Shown here: positions 29,987-39,001 of the stretch, piece after piece
How positions within the stretch are numbered: the stretch's first letter is position 1
How the letters are laid out: each line of letters opens with the position of its first letter
NCBI GenBank assembly: GCA_043808095.1
Contig: JAZDFF010000001.1
Coordinates: 1,628 to 65,627 of the forward strand
Direction of reading: 5' to 3'
Source of the DNA: Candidatus Omnitrophota bacterium
GTDB lineage: Bacteria > Omnitrophota > Gorgyraeia > JAZDFF01
Length of the DNA stretch: 64,000 nucleotides
Notes under the pieces: model-generated
Told to the model about the DNA's origin: nothing
Database searches by the model: none
What the model saw: the letters and a program-made list of their open reading frames with translations, nothing else
Made by a program: the position numbers and the translations under genes

Positions 29987-30150
29987 AATGTCCAATATCC
30001 AATAAATACCAATAATACCAATGAATGTCCAATTGCCAATTGGATAGTTGGGATTTGGGATTTTATTGGCACTTCGACTTTGCTCAGTGCCAATGGTGAG
30101 CATAGTCGAACCATTGGAGTTTGGTAGTTATTGGTAAATATTGGGATTTA
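29987..30150. repeat. Empty CCAAT/ATTGG periodic inverted repeat, with nested hairpin element 30065-30117
   Basis: Same arms as flank the four-helix-bundle ORF; 29987-30058 is identical to 37450-37521. Confidence 0.85.
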
Positions 30151-30287
30151 AAGAGTCATTGGGACATTGTCCCGCGTAGCGGGATTCCGCTTTCGTTTTA
30201 ATTAGATAGGCGGGAAAGAATTAGGAATTTATTCGGCATTAGTCATTAGGAATTCAACATTAACTTTTATTTTAAGAGGTGTGATAA

Positions 30288-30791
30288 ATGAAGATAGATA
30301 AAAGGACAAAAGGTGTAACCCTTATCGAATTAGTCATAGTAATCTTGGTTTTGAGTATTGCCAGTCTTGGCCTGCTTTCCTTATTCAACCAGGTCATCCG
30401 CTCAACAGTTAAACAGGAGTCTATGACCGTGGCAACCCAGTTGGCCAGAGGCCTGATGGAGAAATTAATGTTGGTGGATTTCTATGAATTAAGGAAACCT
30501 TTTTCCGATGGAGGTTACGATGACAGATTTTGTGATTTAACTACGTGTAGTGATAGTGATTGGACGACGGATTGGAAGAGTCGCGGTTATTGCTACAATA
30601 TAGAGGTCAAATCCATTAATCCTGATTATATCAATGCCCCTACTAACAATGATTTGGCTGATAGCGCTGCGGTAGTAGATTTCTCTAATTTCTTAAGAGT
30701 CAGGGTAAGGGTCTGGAGACAAGGGGCTACTGGCGCAAGACTCTGCCCGGATATAGATTTATATACGATTGTGACACCTTATAAGTATTGA
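30288..30791 (+). CDS. Minor pilin, PilV/GspI-like
   Basis: KG|VTLIELVIVIL, ATQLARGLMEKL, C-terminal VRVRVW strand. Confidence 0.85.
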   Translation: MKIDKRTKGVTLIELVIVILVLSIASLGLLSLFNQVIRSTVKQESMTVATQLARGLMEKLMLVDFYELRKPFSDGGYDDRFCDLTTCSDSDWTTDWKSRGYCYNIEVKSINPDYINAPTNNDLADSAAVVDFSNFLRVRVRVWRQGATGARLCPDIDLYTIVTPYKY

Positions 30792-30805
30792 TAATATAAA
30801 TGATA

Positions 30806-30993
30806 AATTTCCAATATCCAATAATACCAATGAATGTCCAATTTCTCCCGAATACAGTTACCCAAAGAAGTTATGCTTCGGGATCCCGAAGTTATACTTC
30901 GCAGAGATACTACATTCGGGACAATGACCAATTAGATAATTGAGATTTGGGATTTCATTGGGATTTGGTAGTTATTGGTAATTATTGGGATTT
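30806..30993. repeat. Empty CCAAT/ATTGG inverted repeat with nested 76-bp TCCCG element (30846-30921)
   Basis: ccaatatccaataataccaatgaatgtccaat...ttggtagttattggtaattattgggattt. Confidence 0.85.
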
Positions 30994-31014
30994 AAGTGTA
31001 AAGGGGTTGTCCAA

Positions 31015-31623
31015 ATGAGAAAAGGGTTTACCTTAATTGAGGCGGTCATTGTGATATTTATCTTAGGGATTGTAGTTGCGGGTCTTATTCCTATCCTTTT
31101 CAAGGGCATTGAAATATCTACTTCTGGGATGTCTAGCCAAGAAGACTTAGCCAAAGCCAGGATTGCGCTGGAGAGGATGGTTAGTGAGATAAGGGATTCA
31201 GAATGTATTTGTTCCTGTCTTTGCTCGGGCGGTTCTTGTAATAGCAGTCTTATGTATATTCCAACTTCTAAAGATAAAAGAATTTATTTCGCGACACCAA
31301 GCGCTGACCCTAAAAATAAGATATTAAGAAACGTCTATACTATTACCAGCCCTGATCCCACAACTTGCGTAACACTTTGTAATTCCTCTTGGAATTCAAC
31401 TGCTACATCTTCGCAGGCACTCATTGATTCTCTTGCCTCAATGAGTCCTGGTAATACCTGTATTAGTTGTAGGGCATTTAACGAGAATGGAGTTGAACAA
31501 ACCTCTTATTTGGGCGTTATTAATAACAGCCGTTTATTAAAAATTAAATTTATCTTACATAAGAAATCCGGCGGAGAACTTCCCTTTGAGACACAGGTGG
31601 TGTTGAGGAAGAGGGTACCATAA
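31015..31623 (+). CDS. Minor pilin, PilW/GspJ-like
   Basis: RKG|FTLIEAVIVI, ARIALERMVSEIR, C-terminal TQVVLR; Cys-rich. Confidence 0.85.
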   Translation: MRKGFTLIEAVIVIFILGIVVAGLIPILFKGIEISTSGMSSQEDLAKARIALERMVSEIRDSECICSCLCSGGSCNSSLMYIPTSKDKRIYFATPSADPKNKILRNVYTITSPDPTTCVTLCNSSWNSTATSSQALIDSLASMSPGNTCISCRAFNENGVEQTSYLGVINNSRLLKIKFILHKKSGGELPFETQVVLRKRVP

Positions 31624-31698
31624 GGAATGAACGTCCAATATCCAATAAATACCAATAATACCAATGAATTTCCAATGACCAATAACCAATAAATACCA

Positions 31699-32052
31699 AT
31701 GGCCAAGGAATATGATATCAAAGACAGGACTTTTAGTTTTGCACAAAGGGTTTTAGAAATAGTAGGTATGTTGCCCAAGATAGTAGAATGCGATGTAATT
31801 CGTAAACAACTTACTGAGGCAGGGACTTCCGTAGGCGCAAACGTTGAAGAAGCAGACGGTGCCTTAAGCAAAAAGGATTTTATAAATAAGATGGGTATAG
31901 CCAGAAGAGAGGCTAAAGAGAGCAGATATTGGTTGAGGCTTATTTCAGGAAAGTATATTAATGAGGAGAAGATTGCCAAAGATATAATTGAAGCAAATGA
32001 ACTCAAAAATATCTTAAGTTCAATTATTGAGAATACTAATAAATCCAAATAA
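31699..32052 (+). CDS. Four-helix-bundle protein (23S rRNA IVP / Avd-like family)
   Basis: RTFSFA...KQL..AGTSVGANVEEA...SKKDFINK..IARREAKESRYWLRL...EANEL..IL. Confidence 0.92.
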   Translation: MAKEYDIKDRTFSFAQRVLEIVGMLPKIVECDVIRKQLTEAGTSVGANVEEADGALSKKDFINKMGIARREAKESRYWLRLISGKYINEEKIAKDIIEANELKNILSSIIENTNKSK

Positions 32053-32131
32053 TGGCTTATAAATTGGAAATTGGTATTTGGGATTTTATTGGAGGTTGGT
32101 ATTTATTGGTAATTATTGGGATTTAAAGAGT

Positions 32132-33766
32132 ATGAATCTTTTCACCAACAAGACTGGTTTTGCCTTATTTATCTCTATCTTCATCATCCTGGCTTTCTCA
32201 ACCATAGCGCTTCTTTGCTTTAATCTTCTGACTGTCCAGGACGATGCCGCCATCCGCAATCTCTATTCCATAAGGGCCTATTACCTGGCAGAGGCAGCCA
32301 GACAGCTTTGGTTAGAATACTATGTGCCTTGGGGGAGTGATTTTTGCAATGACGGCTCTGATGAAAAGCCAAACGAATTCCCTGATAATATTACCCGTAC
32401 CATAAACGGCGGAACACTTAATATTCATTATGTAGCTAGACAAGCACCTGAGCAGGCTACCACTGTGCAATTTTCCGGTTCGGTCCCTTTAAGTGGTCAG
32501 CAAATCAGCCGCAGCTTTACCCAGGATTTTTCTTTTCCCTTGGGTTCAGCTGCCTTTAATCTCAGGAGGGATTTGCAGAATTTTGTGTTGGCTACCTTTA
32601 ATGCTGGTTCAAGTAGTTGTTTTTATCTGGGAGGTGATACCGGACTTAGCGGGCAGAGCCTTCCACTATATTTCTTTGCTAAGGCGTGTAGTGATTGTGC
32701 TGGGTCACAATGCAACGAAGAATCCGACCCTCAGTATATTTTTCGTAGTTTTGGGAATGTCTATATGGGAAATTTTGATGTAGTACTTAGAATTGCACAG
32801 ATTGGAGATTCATCTAATCAGCGAAACCTTTATATGAATATACCCAGCGGTTCTAAAAAATTACATATATTTGAATGTTCAAGAATAAATGGCAATCTTT
32901 ATCGTCGCAATACTGACTTAAATTGTTTCCCAATTATTAATTCCGGTTGGCAGGGTATGTGCTATGTTTACCAGCTCGCAGGGGGGCCTTGTCCTAGCTG
33001 TAACAGTTGTTGTAAAGATTCCAATTGCGATTCTTCTTGTTTCGTTTCTGACGCTGGCTGGCCAGCTTCACCACCACAACCTATCCCCAGCAAACCCGTT
33101 ATTGATAATAGTTATTTCAATCAGGAGCTTAAAATTGCATTTCAGAGCGGAAGCACTTCTGGTTCTCCCCTTTCTGGTGACTTAGGAAAGAGGAATCGCT
33201 ATTTTAATCTGGCTAATTTGAATATTGATGGTGATATCAGCGGCGGGCCTGCTAATATTGTAACTACGGGCAGGATACTTATTGCTGATAATGTGAAGAT
33301 AGGCGAGAAAATAACTCTTATATGCGGGGATGATGTTTCCAATACTGACCCAAATGAAGAATATATTTATTTAGGCTCAGATAACGTAATAGGCGGCACC
33401 TATTCTGGCGGCCAGATTTCAGGCGGAGGAAGCCTTATATATAGTCGTAATGACAGTACTAGCCTTACATACGCTCCGCTTTATATTCCTGACGGTGCAA
33501 GGATAAAGGCAAGCATATTATCGCCAGGATTAGTGTGGATAAATAGCCAGGATAGTTGGAATATCTGGGGCACAGTTTATTCTGGAAGCGTTATATCAAT
33601 CACAGGAGGTCAGGGAGAACTTCGTGGTAGGATTTTTAGCGACGCCCCTGCACCGGATCCTTCAAAAGATGGGCCCTTTAATATGACCCTTTATGAAGAA
33701 TCAAATCTTCCTTTAAGGCTTAAAGGCCTTTATAATATCTCCACCAGCAACTGGCGGGAGCAGTAG
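32132..33766 (+). CDS. PilX/GspK-like N-terminal domain protein, Cys-rich (paralog 1)
   Basis: G|FALFISI (no Glu+5), RAYYLAEAA motif, ends GLYNISTSNWREQ. Confidence 0.8.
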   Translation: MNLFTNKTGFALFISIFIILAFSTIALLCFNLLTVQDDAAIRNLYSIRAYYLAEAARQLWLEYYVPWGSDFCNDGSDEKPNEFPDNITRTINGGTLNIHYVARQAPEQATTVQFSGSVPLSGQQISRSFTQDFSFPLGSAAFNLRRDLQNFVLATFNAGSSSCFYLGGDTGLSGQSLPLYFFAKACSDCAGSQCNEESDPQYIFRSFGNVYMGNFDVVLRIAQIGDSSNQRNLYMNIPSGSKKLHIFECSRINGNLYRRNTDLNCFPIINSGWQGMCYVYQLAGGPCPSCNSCCKDSNCDSSCFVSDAGWPASPPQPIPSKPVIDNSYFNQELKIAFQSGSTSGSPLSGDLGKRNRYFNLANLNIDGDISGGPANIVTTGRILIADNVKIGEKITLICGDDVSNTDPNEEYIYLGSDNVIGGTYSGGQISGGGSLIYSRNDSTSLTYAPLYIPDGARIKASILSPGLVWINSQDSWNIWGTVYSGSVISITGGQGELRGRIFSDAPAPDPSKDGPFNMTLYEESNLPLRLKGLYNISTSNWREQ

Positions 33767-33950
33767 AAAAGGATTGGGACAATTAAGTAGTAGTTTCGTC
33801 TTAAAAGGTTATAGGGTTGCGGTTACGTATCGTATGAAAAGTTATCGTTGGTCGTTTATCGTATAAATACGACAGACAAAACTGATACACGATGGACGAT
33901 ACGTGTCCGAGGCCGAAACCGATAAAACGTCAGACAAGGTTTTATTAATC

Positions 33951-35501
33951 ATGCATCTACCTATCAATAAAAGTGGCTTTGCTCTTTTTATCTCTATCTT
34001 CATCATCCTGGCATTTTCCACCATCGCCCTGCTTTGCTTTAATCTTTTAACTGTCCAGGACGATGCCGCTATCCGCAATCTCTACTCCATCCGTGCCTAT
34101 TACCTGGCAGAGGCAGCCAGGCAGCTGTGGTTAGAATACTATCCAAGCTGGGGAAATGATTTTACCAACACGACCCAGTTTCCCGATGGCACCACCCGCA
34201 CTTTAAATGGCGGACAATTTAGTTTCAGCTATATCAGTCGCAACAGCCGTTTGGCCAGCTTGAACTTTACCGGAAGCATCCCCCTGGGCACAACTACGGT
34301 TACCAAAGGTTTTAGGCAGGATTTTAGCGATTCATCCTCAGCGCTCTTTAGAGACTTAAATAATTTTGTCTTAGGGGTGTTTAATGATGATGAGGTCTAT
34401 GCCTTGGGTGGGGATAATCCTGCAGAAGGACGTTATTATTATACATACGGTTGCGCATGCGCACAAGGCTGTAGCACGACACTTAATCAAAGATACATCT
34501 TTCGTGCATTTGGTAATGTTTATCTCGATGGCCCTTCGTCTTCTCCTAATGGGAGACATCTATTTAAGTTAGGCGAGATTGGTTATCCTAATGATCCTAG
34601 TAAACCCAGAGAGCTCTATATAACAGGTAAAGGAATAGGTTCGGGGGTGCTTATTAGTGAATGTACAAGGATATACGGTAATCTTAGGATAACTAATGCC
34701 TACCTTCATCATCATCAACTTGAATCAGGTGGTTTTAGTAAGTGTAGATTAAATGTAGTTAGCAGTTCACCTTATTATTGTGTAAATCCTCTAGATCCCC
34801 CTAATGTTTGTGATGGTAGTTGCTATAGTGGTGCTGCTGGCACTTTACCTCAACCCGCAAAACCCGATATAAACACCTATTTTACGCAAGAACTGCAATT
34901 GGCCCAAAATTGTTCCAGCGGTGGTTATTGCTGGAATGGCAATGGTATTGCTGGTCCAACAACTTTAACTAAAAATGTTTATTATAGCGGCTCTGATGAT
35001 TTTTATTTAACGGGAGATATTAACGTCATTTTTCCGATAAATATCGTTATTAACTTAACCAATGCAACTAAATCAGTAAGGATCCAATCTGGAGCCAAGG
35101 TTTCAGGAAAGATAACCATTATCTCTTCTGGTAAGATTGTTACATATGGTGATGAAATAAGGGTCGGCGATATAAATTTAACCTGCCCTAGCTCTCTTAT
35201 TTATTCACATTCAGATGCTAATCCTGCCATAGAAATCAATGCCTCTCCTGAAATCAAGGCAAATATCTTATCTCGGGGTTCGGTTGATTTAGCAGAACAA
35301 CAGACTCCCAAGATTTGGGGCACAATCTATGCCTGGGAGATTGATGCCTATCAAGCTGGTCAGGCCAATATCTATGGCCCAGTATTCGTTGACCAGACAG
35401 AAATAGATAAACCCCTTAATCTTACCTTAAACGAGGCCCCGCTTTCCTTTAGAATCAGGGGCCTGTATAATATAGCCTCCAGCAACTGGCAGGAGCAGTA
35501 G
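33951..35501 (+). CDS. PilX/GspK-like protein (paralog 2)
   Basis: Same 56-aa N-terminal block; ends GLYNIASSNWQEQ. Confidence 0.8.
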   Translation: MHLPINKSGFALFISIFIILAFSTIALLCFNLLTVQDDAAIRNLYSIRAYYLAEAARQLWLEYYPSWGNDFTNTTQFPDGTTRTLNGGQFSFSYISRNSRLASLNFTGSIPLGTTTVTKGFRQDFSDSSSALFRDLNNFVLGVFNDDEVYALGGDNPAEGRYYYTYGCACAQGCSTTLNQRYIFRAFGNVYLDGPSSSPNGRHLFKLGEIGYPNDPSKPRELYITGKGIGSGVLISECTRIYGNLRITNAYLHHHQLESGGFSKCRLNVVSSSPYYCVNPLDPPNVCDGSCYSGAAGTLPQPAKPDINTYFTQELQLAQNCSSGGYCWNGNGIAGPTTLTKNVYYSGSDDFYLTGDINVIFPINIVINLTNATKSVRIQSGAKVSGKITIISSGKIVTYGDEIRVGDINLTCPSSLIYSHSDANPAIEINASPEIKANILSRGSVDLAEQQTPKIWGTIYAWEIDAYQAGQANIYGPVFVDQTEIDKPLNLTLNEAPLSFRIRGLYNIASSNWQEQ

Positions 35502-35678
35502 AAAATGATTGTAGAGATTATAAATCAAAATGCAAAATTCAGGTTTAGGGGTTAGTAGGATTAAGTAGGGAGTAGTAAGGGTAAGAAAGGGATAAATTAT
35601 AAAAACCCATCCTAACCCCTTCTAACCCTTTCTATCCCTTCCTAACCCTTAAATCTTTGATTTTTATCTTACAAAAGT

Positions 35679-37295
35679 ATGAATCTATCCACTCACAAAG
35701 GTTTTGCCTTATTTATCTCTATCTTCATCATCCTGGCATTTTCAACCATTGCCTTACTTTGTTTTAATCTCTTGACGGTCCAGGATGATGCAGCCATCCG
35801 TAATCTCTACTCCATCCGTGCATATTACCTGGCAGAGGCAGCCAGGCAACTCTGGTTGGAATACTATGCACCCTGGGGCGCAGATTTTACTATTAGTAGT
35901 CAATTCCCTTCAGTAACCAAGACCTTAGCAGTAAATCAATTCAGTATCAATTATTCTCCTTATGGCCAGGATGCCGGCCCACTTACTCAGCAGAGAAAAG
36001 CTCGAGTCCATTTTCAAGGAATAATTCTATCTATCCCTATCACTAGAACATTTTTTCTGGACATAGATGCTGAACCCAAGACTGCCTTAACCAGGACCTG
36101 CGCCTCTGACAAAAGAGACTGTCTGAGCGGTGATTTAAAGAATTTTGTTTTGAATTATAATGGCAGTTCTGATCTCAACTTGGCAGGAACATTAGATTAT
36201 TGTTGTTGTACTGGTTTTAATGGTAGTAGTTGTTGTGGTACTTATGGTTGTCCTTTTGGAGATTGTGTTGGTTATCCGCCTTTTAGAGGCCCTGTCGTCA
36301 CTGGGGATGTCTATTCGAATAGAAATGTTTATTTCAAATCCGGAGAGATTAACGGAAATCTTTATAGCAGTTCCAATATTCAGGTCCGTGAATGTGCAAG
36401 GATAATAAATGGTTCGGTATATCACGGCGGAGCGCTTAATTGTTGTCGTGTTTCTGGGTTAGTCCCGCCTCTTGTTTCTTGTAAATGTGATAATAGTTAT
36501 ACCTGTAACAATTATTGCTGCGGCGGTGGCCCTTGTCTAACTGATGGTGGCGCTTCCGGCCCTAAGCCGGCTCCTTCAAAGCCAGCGATTGATACTACAT
36601 ATTTTGATAAACAGATTGAGTGTGCCCAAACTTATGGCGAAGTGCCATCTGGTGGGACTAAAACTATCTCTAGTGATGTGAATTTAGGAACTACAGGAGA
36701 TATCTATGTTAATGGAAAGATAGTCATTAACTGCACCGGTGACTGCACCGGTGGGAGTACAAATATCTCTACTACTGGTAGGTCGTGTAATATAGTGGCT
36801 ACTGGTGATATTGAGGTCACGAGGTCACATATTTCTGAGCGGATAAACCTAATCAGTGGAGGCAGGATTTTGACGAATGGCGATCCAACCTATGGTCCAA
36901 CAGTAATCGGCGGTGATTATTCTGCCGGCCCTCCTGAGCAGGTCACGGGCGTGGGTTGTCTTCTCTATGCACGGGCACAAACCAATCCTATAGCAATTAT
37001 TAGAGATTCTATGGTTAAGGCAAGAATATTGACACCAGCATCGGGTTCAGTAAGCATAATAAGCGGAAGTAATGACTGCGCAGGAAAGATCTGGGGTATA
37101 GTCTATACAAAGACCACTGATCTATCGGATACACGTAAATGTCCGAGTATTGTTGGCAGTATATTTACAGACAGTCTCTCTTCAACAATGCAATTTGGAC
37201 CTACCGAAGATGGTACTGGCAATTCCAATCTTTTTCTTCCTCTGAGGCTTAGAGGCCTTTATAATATCTCTACCAACAACTGGCAGGAGCAGTGA
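35679..37295 (+). CDS. PilX/GspK-like protein (paralog 3)
   Basis: Same 56-aa N-terminal block; ends GLYNISTNNWQEQ. Confidence 0.8.
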   Translation: MNLSTHKGFALFISIFIILAFSTIALLCFNLLTVQDDAAIRNLYSIRAYYLAEAARQLWLEYYAPWGADFTISSQFPSVTKTLAVNQFSINYSPYGQDAGPLTQQRKARVHFQGIILSIPITRTFFLDIDAEPKTALTRTCASDKRDCLSGDLKNFVLNYNGSSDLNLAGTLDYCCCTGFNGSSCCGTYGCPFGDCVGYPPFRGPVVTGDVYSNRNVYFKSGEINGNLYSSSNIQVRECARIINGSVYHGGALNCCRVSGLVPPLVSCKCDNSYTCNNYCCGGGPCLTDGGASGPKPAPSKPAIDTTYFDKQIECAQTYGEVPSGGTKTISSDVNLGTTGDIYVNGKIVINCTGDCTGGSTNISTTGRSCNIVATGDIEVTRSHISERINLISGGRILTNGDPTYGPTVIGGDYSAGPPEQVTGVGCLLYARAQTNPIAIIRDSMVKARILTPASGSVSIISGSNDCAGKIWGIVYTKTTDLSDTRKCPSIVGSIFTDSLSSTMQFGPTEDGTGNSNLFLPLRLRGLYNISTNNWQEQ

Positions 37296-37299
37296 AAAA

Positions 37300-37572
37300 A
37301 TGATTCCAGCGATTAAGAAGATGATTATCCCGAATGATGTTATTCTTTGTAGTGTCTCTTCGGGATCCCGATGTAATTCTTAAGAAGTTACTACATTCGG
37401 GACAGCGATAAAAGATACGATTACAGCAAGAGAACCATATTTAATATCCAATGTCCAATATCCAATAAATACCAATAATACCAATGAATGTCCAATTGCC
37501 AATTGGATAGTTGGGATTTGGAGAATTTATTGGAGTTTGGTATTTATTGGTAATTATTGGGATTTAAAGAGT
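37300..37572. repeat. Composite spacer: GATTACAG repeat + 75-bp TCCCG element (37328-37402) + empty CCAAT/ATTGG repeat
   Basis: 37321-37370 is identical to 29811-29860; 37450-37521 is identical to 29987-30058. Confidence 0.85.
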
Positions 37573-37716
37573 ATGAATCTTTTCACCAACAAGACTGGTT
37601 TTGCCCTTTTTATCTCTATCTTCATCATCCCGGTCTTTTTGGTTATCGCTTTGTTCTCTCCGAGAATGAATAAATTGACAGTTCGTCAGATTATCTTTAT
37701 AATAAACCCATTATGA
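37573..37716 (+). pseudogene. 5' stub of a fourth PilX-like gene
   Basis: MNLFTNKTGFALFISIFII is identical to the paralog 1 start, then diverges and stops after 47 codons. Confidence 0.8.
37675..37703 (+). promoter_or_regulatory. Consensus sigma70 promoter of trpBA
   Basis: TTGACA-17 nt-TATAAT. Confidence 0.85.
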
Positions 37717-38900
37717 CAAAAAAATTACCCGATCATCACGGATATTTCGGTCAGTTCGGGGGGAAGTTTGTGCCTGAGACCCTGATGTATGCGCTCTCTG
37801 AATTAGGGGAGGCTTATAAGGCAGTTAGAAAAGACCCCGCCTTTAGGAGAGAACTAAGATATTATCTTCAGATTTACGCCGGAAGGCCAACACCTTTGTA
37901 TCCTGCCAGGAATTTAAGCAGATATTTAGGAAATCTAAAGGTCTGTCTAAAACGCGAAGACCTTCTGCATACCGGGGCCCATAAAATAAATAATGCCTTA
38001 GGTCAGGTGCTTTTAGCCCGGCGGATGAAAAAGACGCGCATTATTGCCGAGACCGGCGCCGGCCAGCACGGCGTTGCCACTGCCACAGTAGCGGCCTTGT
38101 TTGGCCTGGAGTGCGACATCTATATGGGGCTTGAAGATATCAAAAGACAGCACCAAAATGTCTTCAGGATGAAACTTCTGGGTGCGAGAGTTATCCCCGT
38201 TGATAGCGGCTCTAAGACTTTAAAAGATGCCTGTTCAGAGGCAATCCGGGATTGGGTGACTAATGTCAAGGATACCTATTATCTTATCGGTTCGGTTATC
38301 GGGCCGCATCCTTATCCGGTAATGGTGCGCGATTTTCAGACGGTGATCGGCGAGGAATCCAGAAGACAGATACTGGAGTTAGAGGCCAGGCTTCCTGATT
38401 ATCTAGTAGCCTGTGTCGGAGGCGGAAGTAATGCCATGGGTTTATTTTACCCTTTCTTTAAGGATAAAAAGGTGAAATTTATCGGGGTGGAGGCGGCAGG
38501 AAAAGGCCTCACTAGCGGTCTTCATTCGGCGAGTTTGGTTAAGGGAAGGATCGGGGTCTTACACGGCAGCAAGAGTTCGCTTCTACAGGATAAATACGGC
38601 CAGGTAAATATTGCCCATTCTATTGCCGCTGGCCTTGATTATCCTGGGGTGGGGCCGGAACATACCTATTATAAAAAGATAAAGCGAGCCGAATATGTAG
38701 CCGTAGGCGATCGGCAGGCCTTAGAGGGCCTGAGGCTCTTATCAGAAACTGAGGGAATCATCCCGGCCTTGGAGCCAAGCCATGCCATTTATTATTTAAA
38801 AATCTTAGCCAAGAAAATTAAGACCAGGGCCCTGGTTATTCTTTGTTTGTCAGGCAGAGGGGACAAAGACCTGGATATCGTTATGAAACATGGTTGCTAA
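37713..38900 (+). CDS. trpB: Tryptophan synthase beta chain
   Basis: [24 protein letters not shown] and LSGRGDKD motifs. Confidence 0.98.
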   Translation: MTKKLPDHHGYFGQFGGKFVPETLMYALSELGEAYKAVRKDPAFRRELRYYLQIYAGRPTPLYPARNLSRYLGNLKVCLKREDLLHTGAHKINNALGQVLLARRMKKTRIIAETGAGQHGVATATVAALFGLECDIYMGLEDIKRQHQNVFRMKLLGARVIPVDSGSKTLKDACSEAIRDWVTNVKDTYYLIGSVIGPHPYPVMVRDFQTVIGEESRRQILELEARLPDYLVACVGGGSNAMGLFYPFFKDKKVKFIGVEAAGKGLTSGLHSASLVKGRIGVLHGSKSSLLQDKYGQVNIAHSIAAGLDYPGVGPEHTYYKKIKRAEYVAVGDRQALEGLRLLSETEGIIPALEPSHAIYYLKILAKKIKTRALVILCLSGRGDKDLDIVMKHGC

Positions 38901-38990
38901 AATTACTAAGGTTACTAAAAGTTACTATAAGTTACAATATTCTAGCAACCTCATTTAACATCAGATAACCTCATAGAACCTCATTTAACC
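38891..38990. repeat. 10-mer-periodic inverted repeat (GGTTACTAA / AACCTCAT)
   Basis: ggttactaaaagttactataagttac...gcaacctcatttaacatcagataacctcatagaacctcatttaacc. Confidence 0.65.
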
Positions 38991-39001
38991 TTTTTGAAGT
39001 G

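Noticed and set aside
29876-30127. 83-aa ORF between pilin genes (also 7129-7458, 42890-43189, 12015-12203)
   Set aside because: Lies in repeat elements with low-complexity translation and no RBS.
31506-32048. 180-aa minus-strand ORF and other antisense ORFs over housekeeping genes
   Set aside because: Shadow frames of well-supported + strand genes with no recognisable motifs.
31699-37295. Diversity-generating retroelement (Avd-like gene beside variable genes)
   Set aside because: No reverse transcriptase in the window, and differences between the repeated gene ends are not adenine-specific, so there is no TR/VR pair. A remote DGR cannot be excluded.
29742-37572. Integron cassette array
   Set aside because: No integrase, the spacers lack evident attC RYYYAAC/GTTRRRY ends, and the gene order is that of a normal minor-pilin operon.
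32132-37716. Shufflon or invertible tip cassettes
   Set aside because: All copies are full-length and co-oriented, with no inverted partial cassettes and no recombinase nearby.
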